DNA from: Pseudomonas sp. Ga0074129
GTDB taxonomy: Bacteria > Pseudomonadota > Gammaproteobacteria > Pseudomonadales > Pseudomonadaceae
Direction of reading: 5' to 3'
Assembly (NCBI RefSeq): GCF_001465025.1
Contig: NZ_LNDO01000085.1
Coordinates: 1,491 to 65,490 of the forward strand
Length of the DNA stretch: 64,000 nucleotides
In this document: positions 1 through 8,876 of the stretch, in pieces
How positions within the stretch are numbered: the first letter of the stretch is position 1
Layout of the letters: every line of letters starts with the position of its first letter
The notes under the pieces: generated by a model
The model's database searches: none
What the model was told of the DNA's origin: nothing
The model's input: only the letters and a program-made list of their open reading frames with translations
Position numbers and translations under genes: made by a program

Positions 1-342
1 GGTCAGGCCGTAGCCATATTCGAAGCGATTGGGCACCAGGTAATCGACGTGCGCCGCACCCAGCATGCGCAGACCGAGCACCCCAACTGTGCTGGCGGTG
101 GCACCGTCGGCATCGAAGTCGCCCACGATCAGCATGCGCTGGCCTTGCTGAAGCCCCAGCACCAGCAAATCGACCGCCGCGTCCATACCCTTGAGCTGCT
201 GATACGGAATCAACCGCGCCAGGCCTTTATCCAACTCAGCGGCGGATTGCACACCACGGGCGGCATACAGGCGGGTCAACAGCGGCGGCAAAGCGCCCAG
301 ATCAGGCAGGGTGGCGGGTAGCGGACGGGCTTCGATACGCAT
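1..342 (-). CDS. recJ: Single-stranded-DNA-specific exonuclease RecJ, N-terminal fragment (gene runs off the window start)
   Basis: Not in the ORF track because it is open at the window edge. My reverse-strand translation from ATG (340-342) gives MRIEARPLPATLPDLGALPPLLTRLYAARGVQSAAELDKGLARLIPYQQLKGMDAAVDLLVLGLQQGQRMLIVGDFDADGATASTVGVLGLRMLGAAHVDYLVPNRFEYGYGLT. The DFDADG (DHH motif) and YLVPNRFE.GYGL segments are RecJ N-terminal signatures. Confidence 0.85.
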   Translation of the reverse strand, partial: MRIEARPLPATLPDLGALPPLLTRLYAARGVQSAAELDKGLARLIPYQQLKGMDAAVDLLVLGLQQGQRMLIVGDFDADGATASTVGVLGLRMLGAAHVDYLVPNRFEYGYGLT

Positions 343-429
343 GGGCATTCTTTTTCGTGTAGGGCGGACGCGAAGCGTCACCGGCTGTATTCCCACGCTG
401 TAGCGTTGGAACAATCATCACGCCACTTG

Positions 430-490
430 TGTAGGAGCCAGCTTGCCGGCGATCATGATCGATCACAGCGCCAGCAAGCTGGCTCCTACA
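430..490. repeat. REP-type palindrome (inverted pair of repetitive extragenic palindromic units)
   Basis: tgtaggagccagcttgccggcg (430-451) and cgccagcaagctggctcctaca (469-490) are reverse complements with one mismatch and a 17-nt spacer. The element lies in the recJ/yaeQ gap just 3' of yaeQ. The GTAGGAGC...GCTCCTAC core is typical of Pseudomonas REPs. Confidence 0.7.
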
Positions 491-497
491 GGACGGC

Positions 498-1037
498 TTA
501 TCGTTCGCCGATCAGCCACTCGATCGGCAGCTCATGCTGGCCGCGCTCATCGGTGACGAACAGCTCGCCGTCGCTGATCATCACGCTCCAGTTCAGCGAA
601 CGCGGCATGTCCAGCGCCAGATTGGCCAAGGCGTCTTGGTCGAGAGCCACAACATTGATGTTCTTTAGGCTGCGCACCGGATCAAGCGCTTTGGTCTGCC
701 ACACGCGCAGGTTGCCATAGGCCACCAGGCTGAATTTCTCGGTACGCCGCGAACACCAGGTGATGCGGTCACTGTCCGGCTGGCCGACTTCAATCCAATG
801 CAGCACACGGTCATCCAGGCTCTTTTCCCACAGCGCTGGCTCATCCACATCCGACAGACCACGACCGAACGCCAGGTGCTCGTGATAGAACAAGGCATAG
901 GCCACCAGCCGCGCGGCCAGCCGCTCTTCGGTTTCCGACGGGTGCTTGGCCACGGTGAAACGCAGGTTTTCATAGACACTGCGGTCCATGTCGGTGAGGT
1001 TTAGCTCGATTTTGTAGGTGGTAGACGGCAGGGCCAT
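498..1037 (-). CDS. yaeQ: YaeQ family protein
   Basis: ORF 498..1223 trimmed to ATG at 1035-1037. MALPSTTYKIELNLTDMDRSVYENLRFTVAKHPSETEERLAARL... matches the conserved YaeQ N-terminus. The upstream extension lies in the structured intergenic element. Confidence 0.85.
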   Translation of the reverse strand: MALPSTTYKIELNLTDMDRSVYENLRFTVAKHPSETEERLAARLVAYALFYHEHLAFGRGLSDVDEPALWEKSLDDRVLHWIEVGQPDSDRITWCSRRTEKFSLVAYGNLRVWQTKALDPVRSLKNINVVALDQDALANLALDMPRSLNWSVMISDGELFVTDERGQHELPIEWLIGER

Positions 1038-1111
1038 GGACGGGGCTTCTTGACTGGTCGAATAAGCCGGCAAGTCTACCCGATGCCGCCCGCTCACGTT
1101 AGAGTCGCAGA

Positions 1112-1383
1112 CTAGGGTCTGTTGCCGTTTCGTCGCGAGCCGCGTTGCCGCGCAAAATCTCGCCAGGCTAGGCGGAGGATGCAGGTAATGGTTATTCCCT
1201 TGCCAAGTCCTCCAACACCGCATGGCGAGATTTTCCGCGCAACCCGAAGGGCCGGGCCTGTTTTAGCGCGATACTGCGTTTCTCGACACTCATTTGGAAC
1301 AGCCAAACTTCGTGTCTCGTGCCTTGCCTCGCGCTAAAACAGGCTCCGGCGCGACCGCGAACGAAATGGCAACAGACCCTAAG
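1112..1383. repeat. ~270-bp nested inverted-repeat element (MITE-like or structured-RNA candidate)
   Basis: Outer arms 1112-1144 (ctagggtctgttgccgtttcgtcgcgagccgcg) and 1350-1383 (revcomp cttagggtctgttgccatttcgttcgcggtcgcg) pair. Internal perfect 15-bp pair gcctgttttagcgcg (1256-1270) / cgcgctaaaacaggc (1330-1344). Internal pair cgcaaaatctcgcc (1151-1164) / ggcgagattttccgcg (1224-1239). No convincing coding frame inside. Confidence 0.5.
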
Positions 1384-1402
1384 CCTGATGGATGGAAACC
1401 CG

Positions 1403-2602
1403 ATGCAGCTGCCCAACAAACCCCTCACCGGCCTGAAAGTGATCGAACTCGGCACGCTGATCGCCGGCCCCTTTGCCTCGCGCATTTGTGCCGAGTTTGG
1501 TGCCGAGGTGATCAAGGTCGAGTCGCCCGACGGCGGCGACCCACTGCGCAAGTGGCGCAAGCTCTATGAAGGCACGTCGCTGTGGTGGTTTGTGCAGGCA
1601 CGCAACAAGCAGTCGATCAGCCTTAACCTCAAGCATGAGGCCGGGCGCGAGGTGTTGAAAAAGCTGCTTGGCGAAGCGGACATTCTGATTGAGAACTTCC
1701 GTCCCGGCGTGCTGGAAAAGCTCGGTTTGGGCTGGGACGTGCTGCACGCACTCAACCCGAAGCTGGTGATGGTGCGCCTGTCTGGCTTTGGCCAAACCGG
1801 GCCGATGAAGGATCAACCCGGTTTCGGCGCCGTGGGCGAATCCATGGGTGGACTGCGTTACATCACCGGTTTCGAGGATCGCCCGCCGGTACGCACCGGC
1901 ATCAGTATTGGCGATTCGATTGCCGCGCTGTGGGGCGTGATTGGCGCGCTGATGGCGCTGCGCCATCGCGAGGTCAACGGCGGCAGCGGCCAAGTGGTGG
2001 ACGTGGCGCTGTATGAAGCGATCTTCGCGATGATGGAGTCCATGGTGCCGGAGTTCGATGTGTTCGGTTTTATCCGCGAGCGCACCGGCAACATCATGCC
2101 CGGCATCACGCCCTCCTCCATCCACACCAGCGCCGACGGCAAACACATCCAGATCGGCGCCAACGGCGACGCGATCTTCAAACGCTTTATGCAGGCCATC
2201 GACCGCTCTGACCTGGCCGACGACGTGACCTTGGCCAGCAATGACGGCCGCGATGCGCGACGCGATGAAATTTATGGCGTTATCGACCGCTGGGTTGGCT
2301 CGCTACCATTGGAGCAGGTGCTGGCAACGCTGAACCAAGCCGAGGTGCCGGCCAGCCGAATCTTCAGCGCCGAAGACATGTTCCACGACCCGCAATTCCT
2401 TGCGCGCGAAATGCTCTTGTCGGCCACGCTGCCAGATGGCAAAGCCTTCAAGATGCCCGGCATCGTACCCAAGCTCAGCGACACACCGGGCGCAGTGGAC
2501 TCAGTCGGCCCGGCACTTGGCGAGCACAACCAACGCATCCTGCTCGCACTTGGCTACAGCGAGGCGCAAATTGCCGAGCTGAAAAGCCTTGGCGCTATTT
2601 GA
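1403..2602 (+). CDS. Family III CoA-transferase (CaiB/BaiF family)
   Basis: ORF 1319..2602. It carries the N-terminal signature PLTGLKVIELGTLIAGPFASRICAEFGAEVIKVESP of family III CoA-transferases. Start set to ATG 1403 (ATG 1388 is also possible) because earlier codons lie inside the inverted-repeat element. Confidence 0.8.
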   Translation: MQLPNKPLTGLKVIELGTLIAGPFASRICAEFGAEVIKVESPDGGDPLRKWRKLYEGTSLWWFVQARNKQSISLNLKHEAGREVLKKLLGEADILIENFRPGVLEKLGLGWDVLHALNPKLVMVRLSGFGQTGPMKDQPGFGAVGESMGGLRYITGFEDRPPVRTGISIGDSIAALWGVIGALMALRHREVNGGSGQVVDVALYEAIFAMMESMVPEFDVFGFIRERTGNIMPGITPSSIHTSADGKHIQIGANGDAIFKRFMQAIDRSDLADDVTLASNDGRDARRDEIYGVIDRWVGSLPLEQVLATLNQAEVPASRIFSAEDMFHDPQFLAREMLLSATLPDGKAFKMPGIVPKLSDTPGAVDSVGPALGEHNQRILLALGYSEAQIAELKSLGAI

Positions 2603-2605
2603 GCC

Positions 2606-3244
2606 GTGCTGATTTCCAATCCACTCACCAGCCCAGCCCACAGCCTGGCCTGTGAGCTGCGCGACTACCCTGAGTGGCATCGGGGGCGCAACCGTTACGC
2701 CGTGTGGGCGCTGCCTGTGCAATGCCCCACTCTGCTGGCGCACATTGACCGCGTGCAGCAACAGTTGAGCGACGTGTTGCACCCACCCGGACGCCGCCAA
2801 GCGCACATCACGCTCTTCGTTTGCGGTTTTATCAGCGGCAACGCGCGTCTTGATGACGACTTCAGCAAGCAACACCTGCAGCAGCAACTCAAGGCTATGG
2901 GCCGTCAATCACGGCAGCCATTGGATCTGCTGATTGGTCAGCCCGACAGCTTTGCCAGCGCCGCTTTTCTGCCGGCCCACGACCCCTCCGGGCAGTTGCA
3001 CAACTGGCGCACACGGCTGAGCGAGCAAAGCACCGAAGTACGACAAAGCCCCTATCACGCGCACATCACCCTCGGCCTTTATCGGCGAAGTGTGGATGCC
3101 GCTTTGCTCCGCGCGCGCCTGGCTGAACTGGCTGAAGAGGCACCACGTCAGCTGCGGGTAAAAAGCCTGCAGCTCTGCCACTACCGCGCACGCCAACTGT
3201 TTAGCCCACTGCGGGTGCGCCACAGCCTGCAACTCGGGGGCTAA
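2606..3244 (+). CDS. 2H phosphoesterase superfamily protein (2'-5' RNA ligase/LigT-like)
   Basis: Two H-x-T-x motifs (AHITLF and AHITLG) at the spacing typical of the 2H fold. GTG start lies 3 nt after the upstream stop, suggesting translational coupling. The start is uncertain. Confidence 0.6.
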   Translation: MLISNPLTSPAHSLACELRDYPEWHRGRNRYAVWALPVQCPTLLAHIDRVQQQLSDVLHPPGRRQAHITLFVCGFISGNARLDDDFSKQHLQQQLKAMGRQSRQPLDLLIGQPDSFASAAFLPAHDPSGQLHNWRTRLSEQSTEVRQSPYHAHITLGLYRRSVDAALLRARLAELAEEAPRQLRVKSLQLCHYRARQLFSPLRVRHSLQLGG

Positions 3245-3255
3245 CAGCCACCCAT

Positions 3256-3290
3256 AAAAAAACCGGCCTCTTGCGGGGGCCGGTTTTTTT
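3256..3290. terminator. Bidirectional rho-independent terminator
   Basis: aaaaaaaccggcctcttgcgggggccggttttttt: a GC stem flanked by an A-run and a T-run, between convergent genes (2H phosphoesterase on the plus strand, thrC on the minus strand). Confidence 0.8.
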
Positions 3291-3305
3291 CAACAGCAGC
3301 AGCCG

Positions 3306-4730
3306 TTACAGCGGCTTGCCACGGTTACCGTGCTGCGCCACAAAGGCTTGAACAGTTTTCAGGTCGTTGGCCAGCACCGTGCAACGCTCTTCACGCTCGA
3401 ACAGATCGGCCAAATGCGCTGGTAATGCTGGCGCTTGACCAACACCTGCCTTCTCCACAGCTTCGGGGAACTTGACCGGATGCGCCGTGCCCAGAATCAC
3501 CATAGGTGTCGCCAAGCTGCGACGGCACTCACGGGCGGCGCGCACGCCAATCGCCGTGTGCGGATCGAGCAACTCGCCACATTCGTTAAAGACGTCGGTG
3601 ATGGTTTCGCACGTCTGCGCATCATCCACTGCCAGCGAATCAAACAGTTTGCGCGCTTCAGCCCAACGACCTTCCTCGACGCTAAAGCCGCCACCCTGTT
3701 TGAAGTTAGCCATCAATTCAGCAATGGCCGCGCCGTTACGACCGTGCAGATCAAACAGCAGGCGCTCGAAGTTCGACGACACCATGATGTCCATGGACGG
3801 CGACAACGTCGGATGCAGGGTTTCCTTAACGTACTGATTGCCGCTCATAAAGCGGTGCAGGATGTCGTTGCGGTTGGTGGCGACGATCAGCTGGCTGATC
3901 GGCAAGCCCATGTTGCGCGCCAGGTAGCCGGCGAAGATGTCACCGAAGTTGCCGGTTGGCACCGAGAACGCGATAGAACGCGCCGGGCCGCCGAGCTGCA
4001 GAGCCGCGTGAAAGTAGTAAACGATCTGGGCCATGATCCGCGCCCAGTTGATCGAGTTGACTGCCACCAAGCGAGTGCCCTTGAGGAAGCCCTGGTCAGC
4101 GAAGCTGTCCTTGACCATTTCCTGGCAGTCATCAAAGTTGCCTTCGATGGCGATATTGTGAATATTGTCGCCGAGGATGGTGGTCATCTGCCGGCGCTGC
4201 ACCTCGGACACACGGTTGTGTGGGTGCATGATGAAAATATCGACATTCTCACAGGCCTTGCAGCCTTCGATCGCCGCCGAACCGGTATCACCGGAAGTCG
4301 CACCCATGATCACCACGCGCTCGTTGCGCTTGGCCAGCACGTAATCGAGCAGACGACCGAGCAGTTGCAGGGCGAAGTCTTTGAAAGCCAGGGTCGGGCC
4401 GTGGAACAGTTCCAGCACCCACTCGTTACCGCTCAGCTGACGCAGCGGTGCGACGGCGCTATGGGCGAATACACCCTGCTCCGAGGTCGAGTAGGTTTCT
4501 TCAAGAATCTTCTTAAAATCCGCATCCGGAATACTGCCGGTGACGAACGGGCGCATCACGCGGAAGGCCAGTTCGTGATACGGCAGGCCAGCCCAAGAGG
4601 CGATTTCTTCCTGAGTAAAGCGCGGCAGGTTTTCCGGGACATACAGGCCGCCATCGCTGGCCAGGCCGGCGAGCAGCACATCTTCGAAATTCAGGGCCGG
4701 TGCCTGGCCACGGGTACTGATATAGCGCAT
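3306..4730 (-). CDS. thrC: Threonine synthase
   Basis: MRYISTRGQAPALNFEDVLLAGLASDGGLYVP N-terminus and the PLP-lysine region FHGPTLAFKDFALQ. Positioned downstream of hom. Confidence 0.95.
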   Translation of the reverse strand: MRYISTRGQAPALNFEDVLLAGLASDGGLYVPENLPRFTQEEIASWAGLPYHELAFRVMRPFVTGSIPDADFKKILEETYSTSEQGVFAHSAVAPLRQLSGNEWVLELFHGPTLAFKDFALQLLGRLLDYVLAKRNERVVIMGATSGDTGSAAIEGCKACENVDIFIMHPHNRVSEVQRRQMTTILGDNIHNIAIEGNFDDCQEMVKDSFADQGFLKGTRLVAVNSINWARIMAQIVYYFHAALQLGGPARSIAFSVPTGNFGDIFAGYLARNMGLPISQLIVATNRNDILHRFMSGNQYVKETLHPTLSPSMDIMVSSNFERLLFDLHGRNGAAIAELMANFKQGGGFSVEEGRWAEARKLFDSLAVDDAQTCETITDVFNECGELLDPHTAIGVRAARECRRSLATPMVILGTAHPVKFPEAVEKAGVGQAPALPAHLADLFEREERCTVLANDLKTVQAFVAQHGNRGKPL

Positions 4731-4794
4731 AGGGGCAAACCTTCGGTTAAATCTTCAAGAGCCGCCGCAGCTTAGCCACGGCGCCCGAAATGGA

Positions 4795-6099
4795 TTAGTT
4801 CAGCTGCTCGACGCGGATACGCACAACGCTGCCGACCACATCGGTCAAGGCTTCAAGGGCGCTGATGGCCTCGTTGATTTGCGCTTCACGCACACGATGG
4901 GTAACCAGGATCATCGGCACCAGGCCGTCTTGCTCCTCGGCTTCCTTCTGCATGATCGACTCGATGTTGATGCCACGCGCCGACAGGATGCTCGCCACCT
5001 GAGCCAGCACGCCCGGATGGTCCTTGGCCTGAATGCGCAGGTAATAGGCGCTCTCACAGGCTTCGATCGGCAGAATCGGGTGATCAGAAAGCGCGTCGGG
5101 CTGGAAGGCCAAATGCGGCACACGGTTGGTCGGATCCGCGGTCAGCGCACGCACCACGTCAACCACGTCGGCGATGACTGAAGAGGCGGTTGGCTCCATG
5201 CCTGCGCCAGCGCCGTAGAACAGGGTGCTGCCGGCAGCGTCACCGTTAACCATAACCGCGTTCATCACACCGTTCACGTTGGCGATCAGGCGGTCGGCTG
5301 GAATCAGCGTCGGGTGTACACGCAGTTCGATACCGGCTTCAGTGCGACGGGCAACACCGAGGTGCTTGATGCGATAGCCCAAGGCTTCTGCATAGTTCAC
5401 GTCAGCGGTGGTCAGTTTGGTGATGCCTTCGGTGTAGGCCTTGTCGAACTGCAGAGGAATACCAAAGGCGATGGACGCCAAGATGGTCAGCTTATGAGCA
5501 GCATCAATGCCCTCGACATCGAAGGTCGGATCGGCTTCGGCATAACCCAGCGCCTGCGCCTCGGCCAGCACGTCTTCGAAGGTGCGACCCTTCTCGCGCA
5601 TTTCGCTGAGGATAAAGTTACCGGTGCCGTTGATGATGCCGGCCAGCCAGTTGATGCGGTTGGCCGCCAGGCCCTCACGAATCGCCTTGATCACTGGAAT
5701 GCCGCCGGCAACAGCCGCTTCAAAGGCGACGATCACACCCTTCTCGCGCGCTTTGGCGAAGATTTCATTGCCGTGCACGGCAATCAGCGCCTTGTTGGCG
5801 GTGACCACGTGCTTGCCGTTTTCGATGGCTTTGAGCACCAGGTCCTTGGCTAGGGTGTAACCACCGATCAGCTCGATAACGATATCGATCTCAGGGTTGT
5901 TCACCAGCTCGAAAACGTCGCTGGTCAGGCTAATACCGGTCGTATCGTACTGCGGCTTAGGCGAGCGAATGGCAATCTGGGCAACTTCAATACCACGCCC
6001 TGCGCGCCGGGTAATTTCCTCGGCATTTCGCTTGAGTACATTCAATGTACCGCCACCAACGGTACCCAGCCCACAGATGCCTACTTTCACCGGTTTCAC
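4795..6099 (-). CDS. hom: Homoserine dehydrogenase
   Basis: NAD-binding VKVGICGLGTVGGG and a C-terminal ACT-like domain. GTG start. Conserved hom-thrC pair. Confidence 0.95.
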   Translation of the reverse strand: MKPVKVGICGLGTVGGGTLNVLKRNAEEITRRAGRGIEVAQIAIRSPKPQYDTTGISLTSDVFELVNNPEIDIVIELIGGYTLAKDLVLKAIENGKHVVTANKALIAVHGNEIFAKAREKGVIVAFEAAVAGGIPVIKAIREGLAANRINWLAGIINGTGNFILSEMREKGRTFEDVLAEAQALGYAEADPTFDVEGIDAAHKLTILASIAFGIPLQFDKAYTEGITKLTTADVNYAEALGYRIKHLGVARRTEAGIELRVHPTLIPADRLIANVNGVMNAVMVNGDAAGSTLFYGAGAGMEPTASSVIADVVDVVRALTADPTNRVPHLAFQPDALSDHPILPIEACESAYYLRIQAKDHPGVLAQVASILSARGINIESIMQKEAEEQDGLVPMILVTHRVREAQINEAISALEALTDVVGSVVRIRVEQLN

Positions 6100-6153
6100 A
6101 CTGAACTCCCCATCTGCACTGCGTAAAACGGCCGGAGCAAGCCCCGGCCGTAG

Positions 6154-6181
6154 AAAAAGAGCCGCACCATACGAAGCGGCT
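6154..6181 (-). terminator. Rho-independent terminator downstream of dsbC
   Basis: On the minus strand: agccgc-ttcgtatggt-gcggct followed by cttttt. A second hairpin (acggccgg..ccggccgt, 6129-6152) follows. Confidence 0.6.
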
Positions 6182-6211
6182 GTTTATTAGTCAATCAGGT
6201 GCCGCTTCAGA

Positions 6212-6937
6212 TCACTTGGATTCCAGGGCAATTTTCGCCAACTGCGGGGCTGGCTGGTAACCCGGAATGATCTTACCGTTGGCCAACACGATAGCGGGCG
6301 TGCCACTCACACCAATCATTTGGCCCAGCGCATATTGCTTGGCCACCGGATTTTCACACGCAACATCCGCGACAGGCTGGCTGGTTTTGGCGCGATCCAT
6401 GGCATTCAAAGGATCCTTGGCGCACCACACGTTTGCCAACTCTTTGGCTGCGGCGCTCTCCAAGCCCTGGCGAGGAAACGCCAGGTAGCGCACCTCTACA
6501 CCCAAGCGATTAAGCTCGGGGACTTCGCTGTGCAATTTCTGGCAGTAACCGCAGTCGGTATCGGTAAAAACAGTGATATGGGTTTTTGGCTGCTTGGGCG
6601 CAAACACCACCATCTCAGAGACTGGAATGGCCGCCATCAGTTTGGCCACACCCTGGGTTTCCGCCGCTTCGGTCAGGTTCACCGGCTTACCGTCTTTGAC
6701 CTGAAACAAATAACCCTGCAGGAGAAACTGGCCATCTTCACTGGCATACAGCTGGCGACCGCCCTGCAGCTGCACCTGATACAAACCATTCATCGGGCTT
6801 TCAGCAATCGCTTCAATCGGCAGCTCAGGATCAATCGCTTTGAGGGTGTTGCGAATAGCCTGATCGGGATCGGCAGCCACACCAACAGTGCTAGCCAGAC
6901 CAAGGGCCAATGCAACGACAACGCGGTTCAAACGCAT
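6212..6937 (-). CDS. dsbC: Thiol:disulfide interchange protein DsbC
   Basis: Trimmed to ATG 6937, giving signal peptide MRLNRVVVALALGLASTVGVAA. Thioredoxin-fold active site CGYC (FTDTDCGYCQKLH). Conserved xerD-dsbC neighbourhood. Confidence 0.9.
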   Translation of the reverse strand: MRLNRVVVALALGLASTVGVAADPDQAIRNTLKAIDPELPIEAIAESPMNGLYQVQLQGGRQLYASEDGQFLLQGYLFQVKDGKPVNLTEAAETQGVAKLMAAIPVSEMVVFAPKQPKTHITVFTDTDCGYCQKLHSEVPELNRLGVEVRYLAFPRQGLESAAAKELANVWCAKDPLNAMDRAKTSQPVADVACENPVAKQYALGQMIGVSGTPAIVLANGKIIPGYQPAPQLAKIALESK

Positions 6938-7029
6938 ACAAACTCCTGCTGAAAGACGCTCAAGCGAATAATCGCCACAGCCTACCATAGAAGGCCTATT
7001 GACCGACCACGGCAGGCCAGGCGGCGCTC

Positions 7030-7926
7030 TCAGCCGCGTGGATGGTGCTGGGCATGCAACTCCTGCAACCGAGCTTGGGCAATGTGGGTATAAATCTGCG
7101 TGGTCGATAAATCGCTATGCCCCAACAACATCTGCACTACGCGCAAATCTGCACCATGGTTAAGCAGGTGGGTGGCGAATGCATGGCGCAGGGTATGCGG
7201 CGACAGACTTTTGCTGACACCCGCGACCTGTGCGTGATGCTTGATGCGATACCAAAACGTCTGCCGCGTCATCTGCTCGCCGCGCAGACTGGGAAAGACC
7301 ACATCACTGGGCCGACCATCAAGCAAGAATGGTCGCGCCTCTTTGCTGTAGCGCTCAATCCAGGCAATCGCCTCCTCACCCAAGGGCACCAAGCGCTCCT
7401 TGCTACCTTTGCCAAACACGCGCAACACGCCTTGACGCAAATTGACCTGTTCAAGGGTCAACGCGATCAGCTCACTGACGCGTAAACCACTGGCATAGAG
7501 CACCTCCAGCATCGCCCGGTCACGCAAGCCGATGGGGTCATCCAAATCGGGCGCTCCCAGCAACGCCTCCACATCAGCCTCGGACAATGATTTAGGCAAA
7601 GGCCGCCCCAACTGTGGCAACTCAACCTGCAACGTCGGATCACGGTTGATTAACTGGTCACGCAAAAGAAAGCGATAAAACCCGCGCAACCCCGAGAGCA
7701 AACGCGCGGTGGAGCGCGCCTTGTAACCCTGATTTAAACGCCATGCCAGATGATCAAGAATCAACTCGCGCCCAACATCGGCGAGTTGCACATCAATCGC
7801 CTGCAGCCAGCCGTTGAACAACGCCAAGTCGCTGCGATAGGCCGACTGGGTATGGGCAGACAAGCCTTTTTCCAGCCATAGCGACTCAACAAAACGATCA
7901 ATCAGTGGATGGTCGACAGCGGGCAT
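7030..7926 (-). CDS. xerD: Site-specific tyrosine recombinase XerD
   Basis: Trimmed to ATG 7926 (MPAVDHPLIDRFVESLWLEKGLS). Catalytic region HTLRHAFATHLL..LLGHSDLSTTQIYTH. Confidence 0.9.
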   Translation of the reverse strand: MPAVDHPLIDRFVESLWLEKGLSAHTQSAYRSDLALFNGWLQAIDVQLADVGRELILDHLAWRLNQGYKARSTARLLSGLRGFYRFLLRDQLINRDPTLQVELPQLGRPLPKSLSEADVEALLGAPDLDDPIGLRDRAMLEVLYASGLRVSELIALTLEQVNLRQGVLRVFGKGSKERLVPLGEEAIAWIERYSKEARPFLLDGRPSDVVFPSLRGEQMTRQTFWYRIKHHAQVAGVSKSLSPHTLRHAFATHLLNHGADLRVVQMLLGHSDLSTTQIYTHIAQARLQELHAQHHPRG

Positions 7927-8134
7927 TAAGTGACCTCGGTTATTCAAGTGCCTAGTGTCTACGAGACAAGCCGCTCAGGACAGCATCGTCATCGCGCGAC
8001 AAATCGTGGACTGGTCGACCGGCGGTTGTCATATGCAGCAAAAAGCCAGCGTCACCCTATCTTTGGGCGGGTGACAGATGTTTATTTGCAGACCATGATT
8101 GCATGAAGCCACTAGTGAACCACGGGTCATCGCG

Positions 8135-8809
8135 ATGTCCAGCCAACAGCATTCACGCATTGGTCAGATCCTGATCAACAAGGGACTGATCACCCGCAGC
8201 CAATTGGATGCGGCGATTCAACTGCAGCTGACCAACCATAAGCGCCTAGGCGAAACCCTGATCGAGCAGGGCTGGATTACTGAGCGGCAGTTGAAAAAAG
8301 CGCTCAGCAAACAGACCAATTTGCGCCTGGCTGCCACGCTTGTGGCTGCATTGATGATGCCCTTTCAGCCTTCACTGGCGAACACTCGCCTTGAGCTAGA
8401 AACTGTCACCAGTCAGAACATTGACCCGATAGGCATGCAAGAGCTGTCTGAAGTCGAGCTAAGGGACGTTTCAGCCCAGGGTCTTGAAGTCAGCTTGCCT
8501 GGCTTGTTCCTTCAGGCCGAAAACGGTAACGGCATCGACACCGTTAAACAGTTATCCCGATTACTGTTGCCTGTGCTCGATAGCCTCCAGGCGGAAACAT
8601 CGCTGCATGACGTGCACTACGACACCAGCAAACTGACTTCGATTATCAACCCCGACGGCTCGGTGAACGTTCGCCTGCCCAGCTCAATTGGTGAGCTGCG
8701 CTTCGACAACATTCGTGTCGCCGGGGCTGCACCCGGACAAAGCTTTGGCAGCCTGAGTCTGCACGACATTGATCTCTCCCAGGCTTCCTTGAAAATCAGC
8801 ATGCGCTGA
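8135..8809 (+). CDS. Membrane-anchored protein with N-terminal tandem MshEN-type (T2SSE_N-like) c-di-GMP-binding motifs
   Basis: Trimmed to ATG 8135 (MSSQQHS...). RIGQILINKGLITRSQLDAAIQLQ - LTNHK - RLGETLIEQGWITERQLKKALSKQ fits two copies of RLGxxLLxxGLLxxxxLxxxLxxQ separated by 5 residues. A hydrophobic segment LRLAATLVAALMMPF follows, then ~140 aa of unknown domain. Confidence 0.7.
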   Translation: MSSQQHSRIGQILINKGLITRSQLDAAIQLQLTNHKRLGETLIEQGWITERQLKKALSKQTNLRLAATLVAALMMPFQPSLANTRLELETVTSQNIDPIGMQELSEVELRDVSAQGLEVSLPGLFLQAENGNGIDTVKQLSRLLLPVLDSLQAETSLHDVHYDTSKLTSIINPDGSVNVRLPSSIGELRFDNIRVAGAAPGQSFGSLSLHDIDLSQASLKISMR

Positions 8810-8832
8810 TTATTTTCCACACTGCCAGAACG

Positions 8833-8860
8833 AAAAAAGCAGCCCGAAGGCTGCTTTTTT
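8833..8860. terminator. Bidirectional rho-independent terminator
   Basis: aaaaaagcagcc-cgaa-ggctgctttttt between convergent genes (MshEN-motif gene and rplS). Confidence 0.85.
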
Positions 8861-8876
8861 ATGGAAAGACCGAGAC

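Noticed and set aside
1122-1560. Small ORFs (1122..1337 plus strand, 1112..1306 minus strand, 1192..1560 minus strand) inside or around the inverted-repeat element. I also considered a retron-like msr/msd idea.
   Set aside because: The translations are Arg/Pro/Ser-rich with no start context, and the region is better explained by nested palindromes. No reverse transcriptase gene is adjacent, so a retron is unsupported.
3435-4775. 446-aa plus-strand ORF.
   Set aside because: Antisense to thrC. Arg/Ala/Gly-rich translation with no motifs; a high-GC artefact.
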